Assembly: GCA_038230375.1 (NCBI GenBank)
Contig: JBBRNJ010000066.1
Location: 1-49,570 of the forward strand
Length of the DNA stretch: 49,570 bases
DNA from: Polyangiales bacterium
GTDB lineage: Bacteria > Myxococcota_A > Polyangia > Polyangiales > Polyangiaceae
Direction of reading: 5' to 3'
Shown: positions 38,075-48,200 of the stretch, piece by piece
Layout: every line of letters starts with the position of its first letter
Position numbering within the stretch: the first letter of the stretch is position 1
Program-made: the position numbers and the translations under genes
The notes under the pieces: generated by a model
The model's input: only the letters and a program-made list of their open reading frames with translations
Databases searched by the model: none
Told to the model about the DNA's origin: nothing

Positions 38075-39607
38075 ATGAGCGAGAAAGAAGCTGACACCTC
38101 CGGCAGCCTTGTGAACCTTGCAGAGGCGCGCCTCGGTGCGTCCGTCCTCTACGCCAACGACGACTTCTTCGCCGAGAAGGAGAACCTCCTCAAGCCAGAG
38201 AAGGCGATCTTCATCGAGGGTGAGTACACCGATCGCGGCAAGTGGATGGACGGGTGGGAATCACGCCGCCGTCGCGTGCCTGGCCACGATTTCGCCATCG
38301 TCCGCCTTGGCGTGCCCGGCGTCATCCACGAGGTCATCGTGGACACGGCGTTCTTCCGCGGCAACTTCCCGGAGAGCTGCTCGCTCGAGGGCGCCGTCAT
38401 CCCGGGCTATCCCATGCCGGACGACCTCACGTCGGACAAGATCGTCTGGACGGAGATCCTCCCGCGGACCAAGCTGAAGGGCGACAGCCAGAACCCGTTC
38501 AAGATCGCCTCGCGCGACCGCTTCACGCACGTGCGCCTGCACATCTATCCGGACGGCGGCGTGGCGCGCCTTCGCATCCTTGGTGAGGTGCTTGCAGAGC
38601 CGCGCTGGATGGGTCGGCCCGGCTCCACGGTCGATCTTGCGGCGGTCGAGCACGGCGGCGTGGTCGTGGCCTGCAACGACATGTTCTTCGGCTCTCGCCA
38701 CAATCTGATCATGCCGAACCGCGCGCTCGACATGGGCGACGGCTGGGAGACGAAGCGCAGCCGCCGCGAAGGACCGGACTGGGTCATCGTGAAGCTCGCA
38801 GGAAAGGGCCAGATCGAGCGCATCGTCCTGGACACCGCGCATTTCAAGGGCAACTTCCCCGAGTCTGCGTCGGTGTGCGTGGGCGCGTTCCGTGCGAACG
38901 ACGACCCGAGCAAGGCGAAGGACACGGCGTGGACCAATGTGCTCCCGCGCACCAAGCTCACCGCGCACACCGCGCACGTCTTCGACGACGCGCTCGCAGC
39001 GCACGCTCCCGCAACGCACGCGCGACTGCGCATCTGGCCCGACGGTGGCGTGTCGCGCATGCGGCTCTTCGGTCTGCTCGCGGATGACGGGCGCGAGGCG
39101 GTCGGACTGCGCGCGCTCAATGCGCTGCCCGCTCCGGACGCGCACAAGGCGCTGCTGTCAACGTGTGCTTCTTCCTCGTGGGCGTCCGCGATGGTGAAGA
39201 AGCGCCCATACAAGAGCCTCGATGATCTCGTCACGAAGGGCAGGGACGCGTGGGCAAAGGCCACGGACGCGGATATCCTGGAGGCGTTCGGGGCGCACCC
39301 GCGCATCGGCGAGCAGAAGCCAGTGGGCCATGCCACGGCTCAGTCGAAGTCGTGGTCCGGCGGCGAGCAGTCGAAGGTCACCCAGGCGAGCGAACGCGCG
39401 AAGAAGCGCCTCGCCGCAGCGAACGCCGCCTACGAGAAGAAGTTCGGTCGCATCTACATCGTCTGCGCCACGGGCAAGACCGCGGAGGAGATGGTCGCGA
39501 TCGCGGAGCGCCGCCTGAAGAACGGACCCGCGAAGGAGCTCAAGGTCGCGGCCGTCGAGCAAGGCAAGATCACGGAGCTCCGGCTCCGCAAGCTGGTGAC
39601 AAGGTGA
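38075..39607 (+). CDS. alc: Bifunctional allantoicase / OHCU decarboxylase
   Basis: Two allantoicase repeats (DGWESRRRR...PDGGVARLR; DGWETKRSR...PDGGVSRMR), then a UraD domain (EAFGAHPRIG, EQS, YEKKFG.IYIVCATG, EQGKITELRL). Confidence 0.93.
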   Translation: MSEKEADTSGSLVNLAEARLGASVLYANDDFFAEKENLLKPEKAIFIEGEYTDRGKWMDGWESRRRRVPGHDFAIVRLGVPGVIHEVIVDTAFFRGNFPESCSLEGAVIPGYPMPDDLTSDKIVWTEILPRTKLKGDSQNPFKIASRDRFTHVRLHIYPDGGVARLRILGEVLAEPRWMGRPGSTVDLAAVEHGGVVVACNDMFFGSRHNLIMPNRALDMGDGWETKRSRREGPDWVIVKLAGKGQIERIVLDTAHFKGNFPESASVCVGAFRANDDPSKAKDTAWTNVLPRTKLTAHTAHVFDDALAAHAPATHARLRIWPDGGVSRMRLFGLLADDGREAVGLRALNALPAPDAHKALLSTCASSSWASAMVKKRPYKSLDDLVTKGRDAWAKATDADILEAFGAHPRIGEQKPVGHATAQSKSWSGGEQSKVTQASERAKKRLAAANAAYEKKFGRIYIVCATGKTAEEMVAIAERRLKNGPAKELKVAAVEQGKITELRLRKLVTR

Positions 39608-39611
39608 TCGC

Positions 39612-39953
39612 ATGAGTCCGATCACGACCCACGTGCTGGATACCGCGCGCGGCAAGCCCGCCGCCAGCGTCCCCGTTGTCCTGGAGAAGAAACAAGCGGA
39701 CGGGAGCTACGCGCTCGTTGGCAAGGGCTTCACGGACGCAGACGGGCGCAACAAGGAGCTGATGAAGGAAGGCGCGCTCACGCCGGGCGTTTACCGCATC
39801 ACCTTCGACACGGGCGCCTATCTCTCCCAGTCCAGCACGAAGGGCTTCTTCCCGGAGGTCAGCATCGTGTTTTCGATCGAGGACACGGCCGCGCATTACC
39901 ACGTGCCGCTGCTGCTCTCGCCGTTCGGCTACTCCACCTATCGCGGTAGTTGA
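39612..39953 (+). CDS. uraH: 5-hydroxyisourate hydrolase (transthyretin-like)
   Basis: ITTHVLD...GKPA, TDADGR, FFPEV, HYHVPLLLSPFGYSTYRGS. Confidence 0.97.
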   Translation: MSPITTHVLDTARGKPAASVPVVLEKKQADGSYALVGKGFTDADGRNKELMKEGALTPGVYRITFDTGAYLSQSSTKGFFPEVSIVFSIEDTAAHYHVPLLLSPFGYSTYRGS

Positions 39954-39999
39954 TTGTTGCAACCACGGAACTAGATATCTCGCCAGAGAGGTAGCTCGC

Positions 40000-41016
40000 A
40001 TGGGTGACGTTGTCCTGCAGATCGTTCCGCTCGGCTTTCCGTGGGTCACCGCGGATCCATTCCTGTTCTGCGTCCATCACGACGACGCCTATCCGAAGGG
40101 CAATCCGGACATGACGCCCGCCGCGTCGCTGGCCGGTCGCAACATCGGAATGGACTTCGAGGGCAAGGACGGCTGGCGCATGTACCACGGCGATACCGTC
40201 CCTGGCTTTCCGCAGCATCCGCACCGCGGGTTCGAGACAGTGACCATCGTGCGTCGCGGCTACATCGATCACTCGGACTCGCTCGGCGCAACGGCGCGCT
40301 TCGGCGGCGGCGACGTGCAGTGGCTCACCGCGGGCAGTGGCATCGTCCACGCAGAGATGTTCCCGCTCACCAAGACAGATGAGCCGAACCCGGTGGAGCT
40401 CTTCCAGATCTGGCTGAACCTCCCCGCGAAGAGCAAGATGGCAGAGCCGCACTTCGCCATGCTCTGGAACAAGGACATCCCGCGCGTCACGCACACGGAC
40501 GACAGCGGCAAGCGCACGGAGGTCACGGTGATCGCCGGCACCCTGGACGGGAAGGTCCCGCCGCCACCGCCGCCGAAGTCGTGGGCCATGGAGCCCGACG
40601 CCGACCTTGCCATCTGGTGCATCCGCATGGACGCCGGTGCCACGTGGACCATGCCTAAGGCCTCGCTCGAGACGACGGGTCGCACGCTCTACGTCTTCGC
40701 CGGGCCGGGCGTCACGGTCGGCGGTGAGCTCGTCACGAAGGGAAATGCAGCGGCGATCGTGAGCGACGTCGACATCGTGCTGGAGGCTGGCGACGCCACG
40801 TGCGAGCTGCTCCTCTTGCAAGGGAAGCCCATCGACGAGCCCGTGGTGCAGCATGGCCCGTTCGTGATGAACAGCCGCGAGGAGATCGAGAAGGCCATGA
40901 TCGACTACAGGCGCACGCGCTTCGGCGGCTGGCCGTGGCCGAAGGATGGCCCCGTGCACGCGCGCGAGGAGACCCGCTTCGCAAAGCACATTGGCGGCCG
41001 CCTCGAGCGACCGTAG
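40000..41016 (+). CDS. Pirin family protein
   Basis: DPFLF, GFPQHPHRGFETVT, DHSDSLG, QWLTAGSGIVHAEM, QIWLNLP, GPFVMN. Confidence 0.95.
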   Translation: MGDVVLQIVPLGFPWVTADPFLFCVHHDDAYPKGNPDMTPAASLAGRNIGMDFEGKDGWRMYHGDTVPGFPQHPHRGFETVTIVRRGYIDHSDSLGATARFGGGDVQWLTAGSGIVHAEMFPLTKTDEPNPVELFQIWLNLPAKSKMAEPHFAMLWNKDIPRVTHTDDSGKRTEVTVIAGTLDGKVPPPPPPKSWAMEPDADLAIWCIRMDAGATWTMPKASLETTGRTLYVFAGPGVTVGGELVTKGNAAAIVSDVDIVLEAGDATCELLLLQGKPIDEPVVQHGPFVMNSREEIEKAMIDYRRTRFGGWPWPKDGPVHAREETRFAKHIGGRLERP

Positions 41017-41026
41017 GGGATCGAAC

Positions 41027-41812
41027 GTGCGCCGCATACTATGTGCACTATGCACATGTTGGGCGGTGCTCCTGTCAACCTCGCAGGCGTATGCGTCGTG
41101 CGTGGAGCATCCTTGGACCGAGCTGGGGACGCGCCTTGGTAAGTTGGGGGAGCCCGCGCCGCTGCTCATGTTCGGTGGTGCCATGCTCGCGCCCGCTGTG
41201 ATGTCCCCGACCGGGGCCGACCAGCGGCTTCGCGTGCTCGTGCAACGCGACCTGGGCGGTCGCTACGACGCCGAGGGCGCCAGCGTGATCGCCCCGTACG
41301 CGCTCGGCGCTGCGGTGGTGGTGGGCTACGGCGCCAGTCTGTTCTGGGAGGACTGCGCGAAGAGCGCGCTCGCGTCACGCGCGACCGCAGCGATGGGCGT
41401 GTCGATCGTTCTCGTGTCCGCGCTGAAGCTCGCGGTCGGGCGGAGCTACCTGGCGGGGTACGTGCCGCCCGGAGGCGATCGCGTAGCGGAGGATCGCTCC
41501 ACCACCTTCACGCCCTTCTCGCAGCTCGGCGCCTGGCCCAGCGGGCATGCAGCGGTCACGTTTGCGTTCGCTGCCGTCGTGCGCGAGCAGCTGTCTGGTC
41601 GGCCGATCGTCGCGCGCGCCCTTGGCTATGTGCTCGCGGGCGCGGTGTCGTTCGGCATGGCCCATGGCGACCATCACTGGGCGTCGGATCTGCTATCGGG
41701 CGCGCTCATCGGAGAGGGCGTGGGTCGTGCGTTCGGCGCCCCATCCACAGCGCCGTCGCCTGTCGCCCTTGTGCCCTCGGGTTCCGGCTTCGCGCTCGTC
41801 GGCTCGTTCTAG
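41027..41812 (+). CDS. PAP2-family phosphatase-like membrane protein
   Basis: K..VGR, WPSGHA, HWASD. The motifs are somewhat degenerate. Confidence 0.8.
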   Translation: MRRILCALCTCWAVLLSTSQAYASCVEHPWTELGTRLGKLGEPAPLLMFGGAMLAPAVMSPTGADQRLRVLVQRDLGGRYDAEGASVIAPYALGAAVVVGYGASLFWEDCAKSALASRATAAMGVSIVLVSALKLAVGRSYLAGYVPPGGDRVAEDRSTTFTPFSQLGAWPSGHAAVTFAFAAVVREQLSGRPIVARALGYVLAGAVSFGMAHGDHHWASDLLSGALIGEGVGRAFGAPSTAPSPVALVPSGSGFALVGSF

Positions 41813-41871
41813 AGCTGCCCGGCGCGACACGGTGTCTGGGCTCACGAGCCCCTGAAGTGACGGGGACCGCC

Positions 41872-41912
41872 ACGCGACAATATGGTCGCGTCACGCGACA
41901 ACGTTGTCGCGT
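41872..41912. promoter_or_regulatory. Tandem 20-bp palindromes, candidate transcription-factor sites
   Basis: ACGCGACAATATGGTCGCGT (41872-41891) and the perfect ACGCGACAACGTTGTCGCGT (41893-41912), 21 bp apart. Confidence 0.6.
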
Positions 41913-42257
41913 CGGCCAGTCGAGAACGAGCTGGTCGCCCGATGCTCTAGCCAATATGGGCTAACAGCGGACTACCCCGATCTGGGCTGGCAAACGGCCA
42001 ACCCCCTATCGTTGGGCGCTCCAGCGTCGCCGTACTGAACGCGCGTAATCACCCGCGCGAGGGATATTGGGATGATGACGAGTGTTCAGCGCGGCAGCCA
42101 GCGTGGATGAACGCGGTGAAAGAGACCTCCATACGTAGTGCGACCAAAGTGAATACGCTGACTTCGACGGCGTTGCAGAGCGTTGTCGCCCGCGTACGGT
42201 GAACGTTCGTGCTCAGCGCGGGCCGGGGTCCGCAACGGTGAGCACTTGGGAGGACGC

Positions 42258-45200
42258 TTGAAGCTCACCACGTCGTGTGTACTCGTCGCCGGTGGCCTCG
42301 CGCTGCTTTCATGCACGAACCACCACGAGGACGTGGCGGAGAGCACGCGCATGCAAGCTCCGCAAACGACGGTCGCGGCGGAAGGCACGGCACCACCGCT
42401 GGTGTCGTCATCCGCGCCTGCAGCGAGCCCCGCGTCACCGCTCACGTGTTCGCTCGTCGCGCTTCAAGCGTCTGCCGGCGATGACCGGCGTGGGAACGAT
42501 CAGACGAGCACCGCCACAAGCCTGTCGTTCACGGTGCCCGCGCGCATTGCAGTCATCGGCGGGGCACCGCGTGGTTTCGTCGCGGTGTTCGAGTTCGGGC
42601 CGACCTCGGCAGAGTCATCGGAGACGGAGTGCATCTACCGTCGTTCGGGATTGTCCTTCGCGCTTGACGAGTGCCATGCGCGGATGGGTCACGGGCGCGG
42701 TCCGAAGGCCGGCGATGCTGTCAGTGGGAAGTACTTCGAGCTGCATGTCGGGCCTGGCGACGAAGACGACAACCGCACGGTGACCGCGCGCGTCGAAATC
42801 GGATCGGTGCCCCTCTCGGACAACAACCCATGCACGACGGATGCATGCGGGCCCCACGGCGGAGTGACACACACGCCACTGAGCGCGGGCACCACGTGCT
42901 CGGCGGGCAACGTCTGCAGCGGCGCATCGACGTGCAACGCCGCCGGGAGCTGCATCCCTGGAACGCCTCCGGTGATCGACGACCACAATCCGTGCACGAC
43001 GGACGCCTGCACGGCGGCAACCGGCGTCACCCACACGCCTCTCGCAGCCGGCAGCTCCTGCACCGACGGCAATGCCTGCAACGGCGCCGAGACCTGCAAC
43101 GCGACGGGCGCGTGTACGGCGGGGACGCCACCGGTGGTGGACGACGGGAACCCGTGCACCTCTGATTCATGCTCGCTGTCGACTGGCGTGACCCACACGC
43201 CCATCGCGCAGGGCACCGTTTGCGGGTCGAGCACGGCGTGTACGAGCGCGGCCACGTGCAGCGCGTCTGGCTCTTGCGTCGCGGGTGCGGCGCTCCCGGT
43301 TGATGATGGGAATCCGTGCACGGCCGACTCGTGCTCGGTTGCGACGGGAGTCACGCACGTTCCCGTTGCGCAAGGGACCTCGTGTGGTCCTGGAAACGTC
43401 TGCACGTCCGCGTCCAGCTGCAACGCGACCGGCTCGTGCCTCGCCGGCTCGCCCATCTCCACCGACGATGGGAACGCGTGCACCGTCGATTCGTGCAGCG
43501 TGGCCACTGGCGTCGTGCACGTAGCGGCAGCGGCGGGCACCCAGTGCGGACCCGGAGACGTCTGCACCACCGCGTCGACCTGCAATGCGACAGCGAGCTG
43601 CGTCGCGGGATCCCCCGTGGTGATAGACGATCTCAATCCCTGCACTGCGGACTCGTGCGGTGTCGCGACGGGCATCACGCACGCGCCAGTTGCGCAGGGC
43701 TCGCAGTGCGGGCCTGGGGACGTCTGTACTGGCGCATCGACGTGCAACGCGACGGGCACTTGCCTCGTGGGGTCGGCCGCCGTGATTGACGACGGCAACG
43801 CGTGCACATCGGACGCTTGCTCGCCAGCGACCGGCGTGACGCATACGCCCGTCGCGAGCGGCACCTCGTGCTCGGATGGCAATGCTTGCAACGGCGGCGA
43901 GACCTGCGGCACAACCGGGACGTGCGTGGCGGGCGCGCCGCCTGTGATCGACACCAGCAATCCGTGCCTCATCGGGAGCTGCAATCCCGCCACCGGTGTC
44001 AGCTACTCCAACGCGGCCGTTGGCACGGTCTGCGGCGGTGACGTGTGCGCCGGCACGAGCACGTGCACCAGCGCGGGTGCGTGTCAGGCCGGTGCGCCAC
44101 CACCGACCCTCAGCGACATGGACGCGTGCACGATCGATAGCTGTGATCGGCAGAGCGGCGTGCTGCACATTCCGATTCCGGGATGTGGTGTGGCGCTCAC
44201 CCCGCCGAAGCTCGATCCGTCGGTGCAGTGGGACTTTCTTGCGGCGACAACGTTCCTCTTCTCTGGTCCCGATGCAATTCAAACGGGAGTGACTGCTGGC
44301 GCGATCGTGCCTTCGCGGCAGAGTGTGATCCGCGGTCGCGCTCTCGACGTGCATTCGAATCCGGTTCGAGGGCTGCGCGTGAGCGCGCGCAATCACGCGG
44401 AGCTTGCGTCACCTACACGCGAGATGATGGTCGGTTCGATTTTGCTGCGAACGGTGGAATGAGCCTGGTCGTGGAACTGCGCGCGGACGACTTCCTTCCG
44501 GTGTCTCGGCTGGTCGCGCCGAGCTACCACACGTTCACGACGCTCGACGACATCGTGGTGACTGCACGAGACACGACAGTCACGAACATCCAGCCGAACT
44601 CGCCCGTCTTCCAGGTCGCGCGCGGCACGCCCCAAGACGATGGCGAAGGCAGCCGCACTGCCACCGTGCTGTTTCCGCCCAATACCTCATCCCCCGATCT
44701 GAGCGTCGGCTCGTATCACGTTCGGGCCACCGAGTTTACCGTGGGTCCGACTGGCAAGGCGGCGATGCCTGGCGCCCTACCCCCGCAGAGTGGGTACACG
44801 TACGCGGTGGAGGTCTCGATCGACGAGGCTGAGACGCTGGGCCTCGAGTCGGTTCGATTCAACCAGCCGCTCTCCCTGTACGTCGACAACTTCCTTGGCT
44901 TCCCAGCCGGGAGCGTCGTACCGGTCGGCTACTACGACCGCAGCAGCGGCGTCTGGGTGCCGATGCCGAGTGGCCTCGTGATTGCAATCCTGAACACCAA
45001 TGGCGGCATCGCGCACCTCGACGTTACGGGAGACGGCGTCGAGGACACCGGCGCTGCGCTGGACGCGATCGGCCTTGGTCCTGACGAGGTAGCGCAGCTA
45101 GGAGCGACCTACGCTAACGCGCACAACCTTGGACTCTGGCGGGTCCAGACGAACCATCTCTCGGTCTTCGACGATAACTGGCCATATTCGCCGGACGCAG

Positions 45201-48200
45201 GGGCCAAGAAGTGCGGCATAAGCTGCACCACAGAGGTCGCAGGCGAGGCCGACGCGACCAAGAAGGCGTGCGGCTCCATCATCGATTGCCACAACGCCGC
45301 GCTTGGCGAAGCGTGGAATATCCCTGGGACCGGCTTCAGCCTTCACTACAAGTCGAACTCTCAAGGCAACGAGCGAACGCTCCACCTGACGCTGGGCAAG
45401 GCGCCCCTGCCGACAACTCTGAGGCGGATCGAAGTCGTGACTGACGTCGCGGGTCAGACCGCGAAGTTCCAGGTCGACCCGGCTGATGCGCTCGTTCCGT
45501 TCGTGTACACATGGGACGGCAAGGACGGCTACGGCCGCGCGGTGCAGGGGCCACAGCCGATCGACATCACGATCACCTACGTCTTCCGCGCCGTCTACAC
45601 CCCTGGCAATGCGTTCGGCGGCGGCGGCCGTGGCGGTGGTGGCGGCAGCAGTGGCGCTTGGCCCATCACCGCCAGCAGGCCGCTGCTCGAGTTCTACTAC
45701 ACGCAGGGCTTCACGACCTATGTCGGCGCCTTCGAGCCCAAGCCGCTTGGCCTGGGTGGGTTGACCCTCGACAGTCGACACGATCTCTCGCTTACGAATG
45801 GCGTCCTCTACTACGGGGATGGAAGCACGGCATCGCTCGGCCGAGCGCTCCGCGTCACTACCTTTGCCGGTAAGGCTGGTGGAACGCCTGGTGGCAACCA
45901 CGTGCCAGCGCAGAGCGCCTACATCACCGGCTACAGCGGCAGCTTCGGCCCAGATGGCCTCTACTACTACGTCGACTCGGCGCAGGTGCGTGTCGTGAAC
46001 GCGGCAGGCTTCGTGGAGAACGTGGTGGGGCGCGGTTCCGGCGACGATGGCGACGGTGGCCCCGCGCTCACGGCCGGCATCTCCGCCGGGGCCATTGCCT
46101 TCGGGCCTGATGGAACGATGTACGTGTCCGACTTCCGTCGCGCGAAGGTCCGCAAGGTGAAGAATGGCATCATCAACGCCTTCGCAGGAAACGGAGCGCC
46201 GAACGACAGCGGCGTAGCCGGTGACGGTGGTCCCGCCGCTGCTGCGTCCTTCCGCTCCGTCGCCTCATCCATTCAGGCGATTCGCGTGGATGCAGCGGGC
46301 AGTGTCTACATCGCCGCGAACGTGCCTGGCGAGGTGTCGCCCTACGTCATTCGGCGTGTGGCACCGGACGGAACCATCTGGCCCTTCGCGGGATACGGCG
46401 CGGGCCCGCCGGGCTCGGCGCTGGCTGCGCCCCCATTTCGCTATTTGCAGGATCTCGCTGTTGGACCCGATGGCAGTCTCTACATAGCCGAGGCCTTCAA
46501 CTATTCAGTCCAGAAGTGCGATCCCGCGGGTGCCCTGACCACGGTCGCCGGAGGCAACGGCCCGGGAACGACGGGGAACGGGGGCCGCGCCACGAGTGCG
46601 CGGTTCGCGAGGCTGACTGGGCTGACCGTCGACCGCCACAACAACATCATCGTCCTGGACGGAGCAACGCCGAGCGCTGGTCTCGACGTGAGCGCCATCC
46701 GCATCATCGATCCGCAAGGCTACGTCAATCTGCTGTCTGGCAACGACACGACGGGGCCCAACTGCTCGGACGACACCACCACAGGCGCAGCGCGCTGGGG
46801 TTTCCAGGCGGCGAACCAGTCCGGGCAGGGAATCAGCACGGGCCCTGACGACGCAACGTACATTCCTGATTTTCGCTGCGGCAACATTCGACGGATCTCG
46901 CCCGTGGTCACACAGCCGATCGGCGACGGAAGCGGGCAGGTCTATTCGTTCGCGCCGACCGGACGCCAGCTCTCTACGCGCGACGAGCGCACCGGAACGA
47001 CGCTCTACTCGTTTGGTTACGATCCGGCGGGCCGGCTGACGAGCGTGTCGGATTTGAACGGCCTCACGACCACGTTCGAGCACGACGCCGCGGGAAACCC
47101 CACGCGGATCGTCGCTCCGTTCGGACAGATCACGACGTTCACGACGGACGCGAACGGGTACGTGAGCTCGATCGCGGCGCCGGACGGGGCCACGACGCAC
47201 CTCTCGATGGGTAGCACCGGCCTGCTCCAGCAGATGATCGATCCGCGAGGCAACCTCCACACGTTCCAGTACGCAGCAGACCGAACGCTTGCCTTCGATC
47301 AGGATCCGGCAGGCGGCTCGTCTGCGCTCGCCACGACGTTCGACACGACCGGTCGCGTGGTGACGCTGACGTCAGCGATGGGGCGCACGCGGAGCCACGG
47401 CACGCACATTCTGCCGACCGGCGACGAAGAGGTCACGTCGATGAGCCCGTCTGGCGCGCTTTCGACGCTGGTGACCGACCACCTCACGGGCGCGATGAAT
47501 CAGATCGCGCCCAACGGTACGATCGGGACCACGACGGTCGTTCCGGATCCTTACTACGGCGTGATTGGCGGTCAGCCCACGAGCAGCGCGAAGCTTCCGT
47601 CCGGGCTTCTCAGCTACATCACGTCATCGCGCTCGACACTGCGCGCAGACCCCCTGGACGCGCTCAGCATCACGCAGGACACGAGGACCACGTCCACGAA
47701 CACCCCGGACTGTAGCAGCGGAGCTAGCTGCGCGAACAAGCTGACATGGACTCAGACCTACACGGCAGCGGACCGGCGCATCGCGACGGCTTCTCCCGTT
47801 GGGCGCTCTTCGACAGTCGTCCTGGACGTCCTTGGCCGACCCGTGCAGACGAGCGTCCCTGGCGTCTTGCCCGTGACGATTCACTACGACTTCGCCGGAC
47901 ATGTCGACCAAGTCCAGCAGGGCACGCGCACGTCGAGCACGACATTCGATCCGACGACGGGCTGGGCCACGTCGTTCACCGATCCGCTGGGCCGCGTGAC
48001 CACGGTGCAGGCGCGCGACGCCGTTGGGCGCGTGCTCTCCGTGACGCTGCCAGGCAATCGTACAGTGCTCTCCACCTATGACGCTGCGGGCAACGTGATC
48101 AGTGTCACGGCGCCTGGTGAAGCACCGACCGGGCTCGCATACACGCCGATCGATCTCGAGGCGACCTTCACGCCTCCAGTCGCCGGGGACGGCGCAACGG

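Noticed and set aside
42816..44190. Regular 162-nt periodicity as a CRISPR array
   Set aside because: The repeats are in-frame, vary at codon third positions, have no unique spacers and no cas genes are present.
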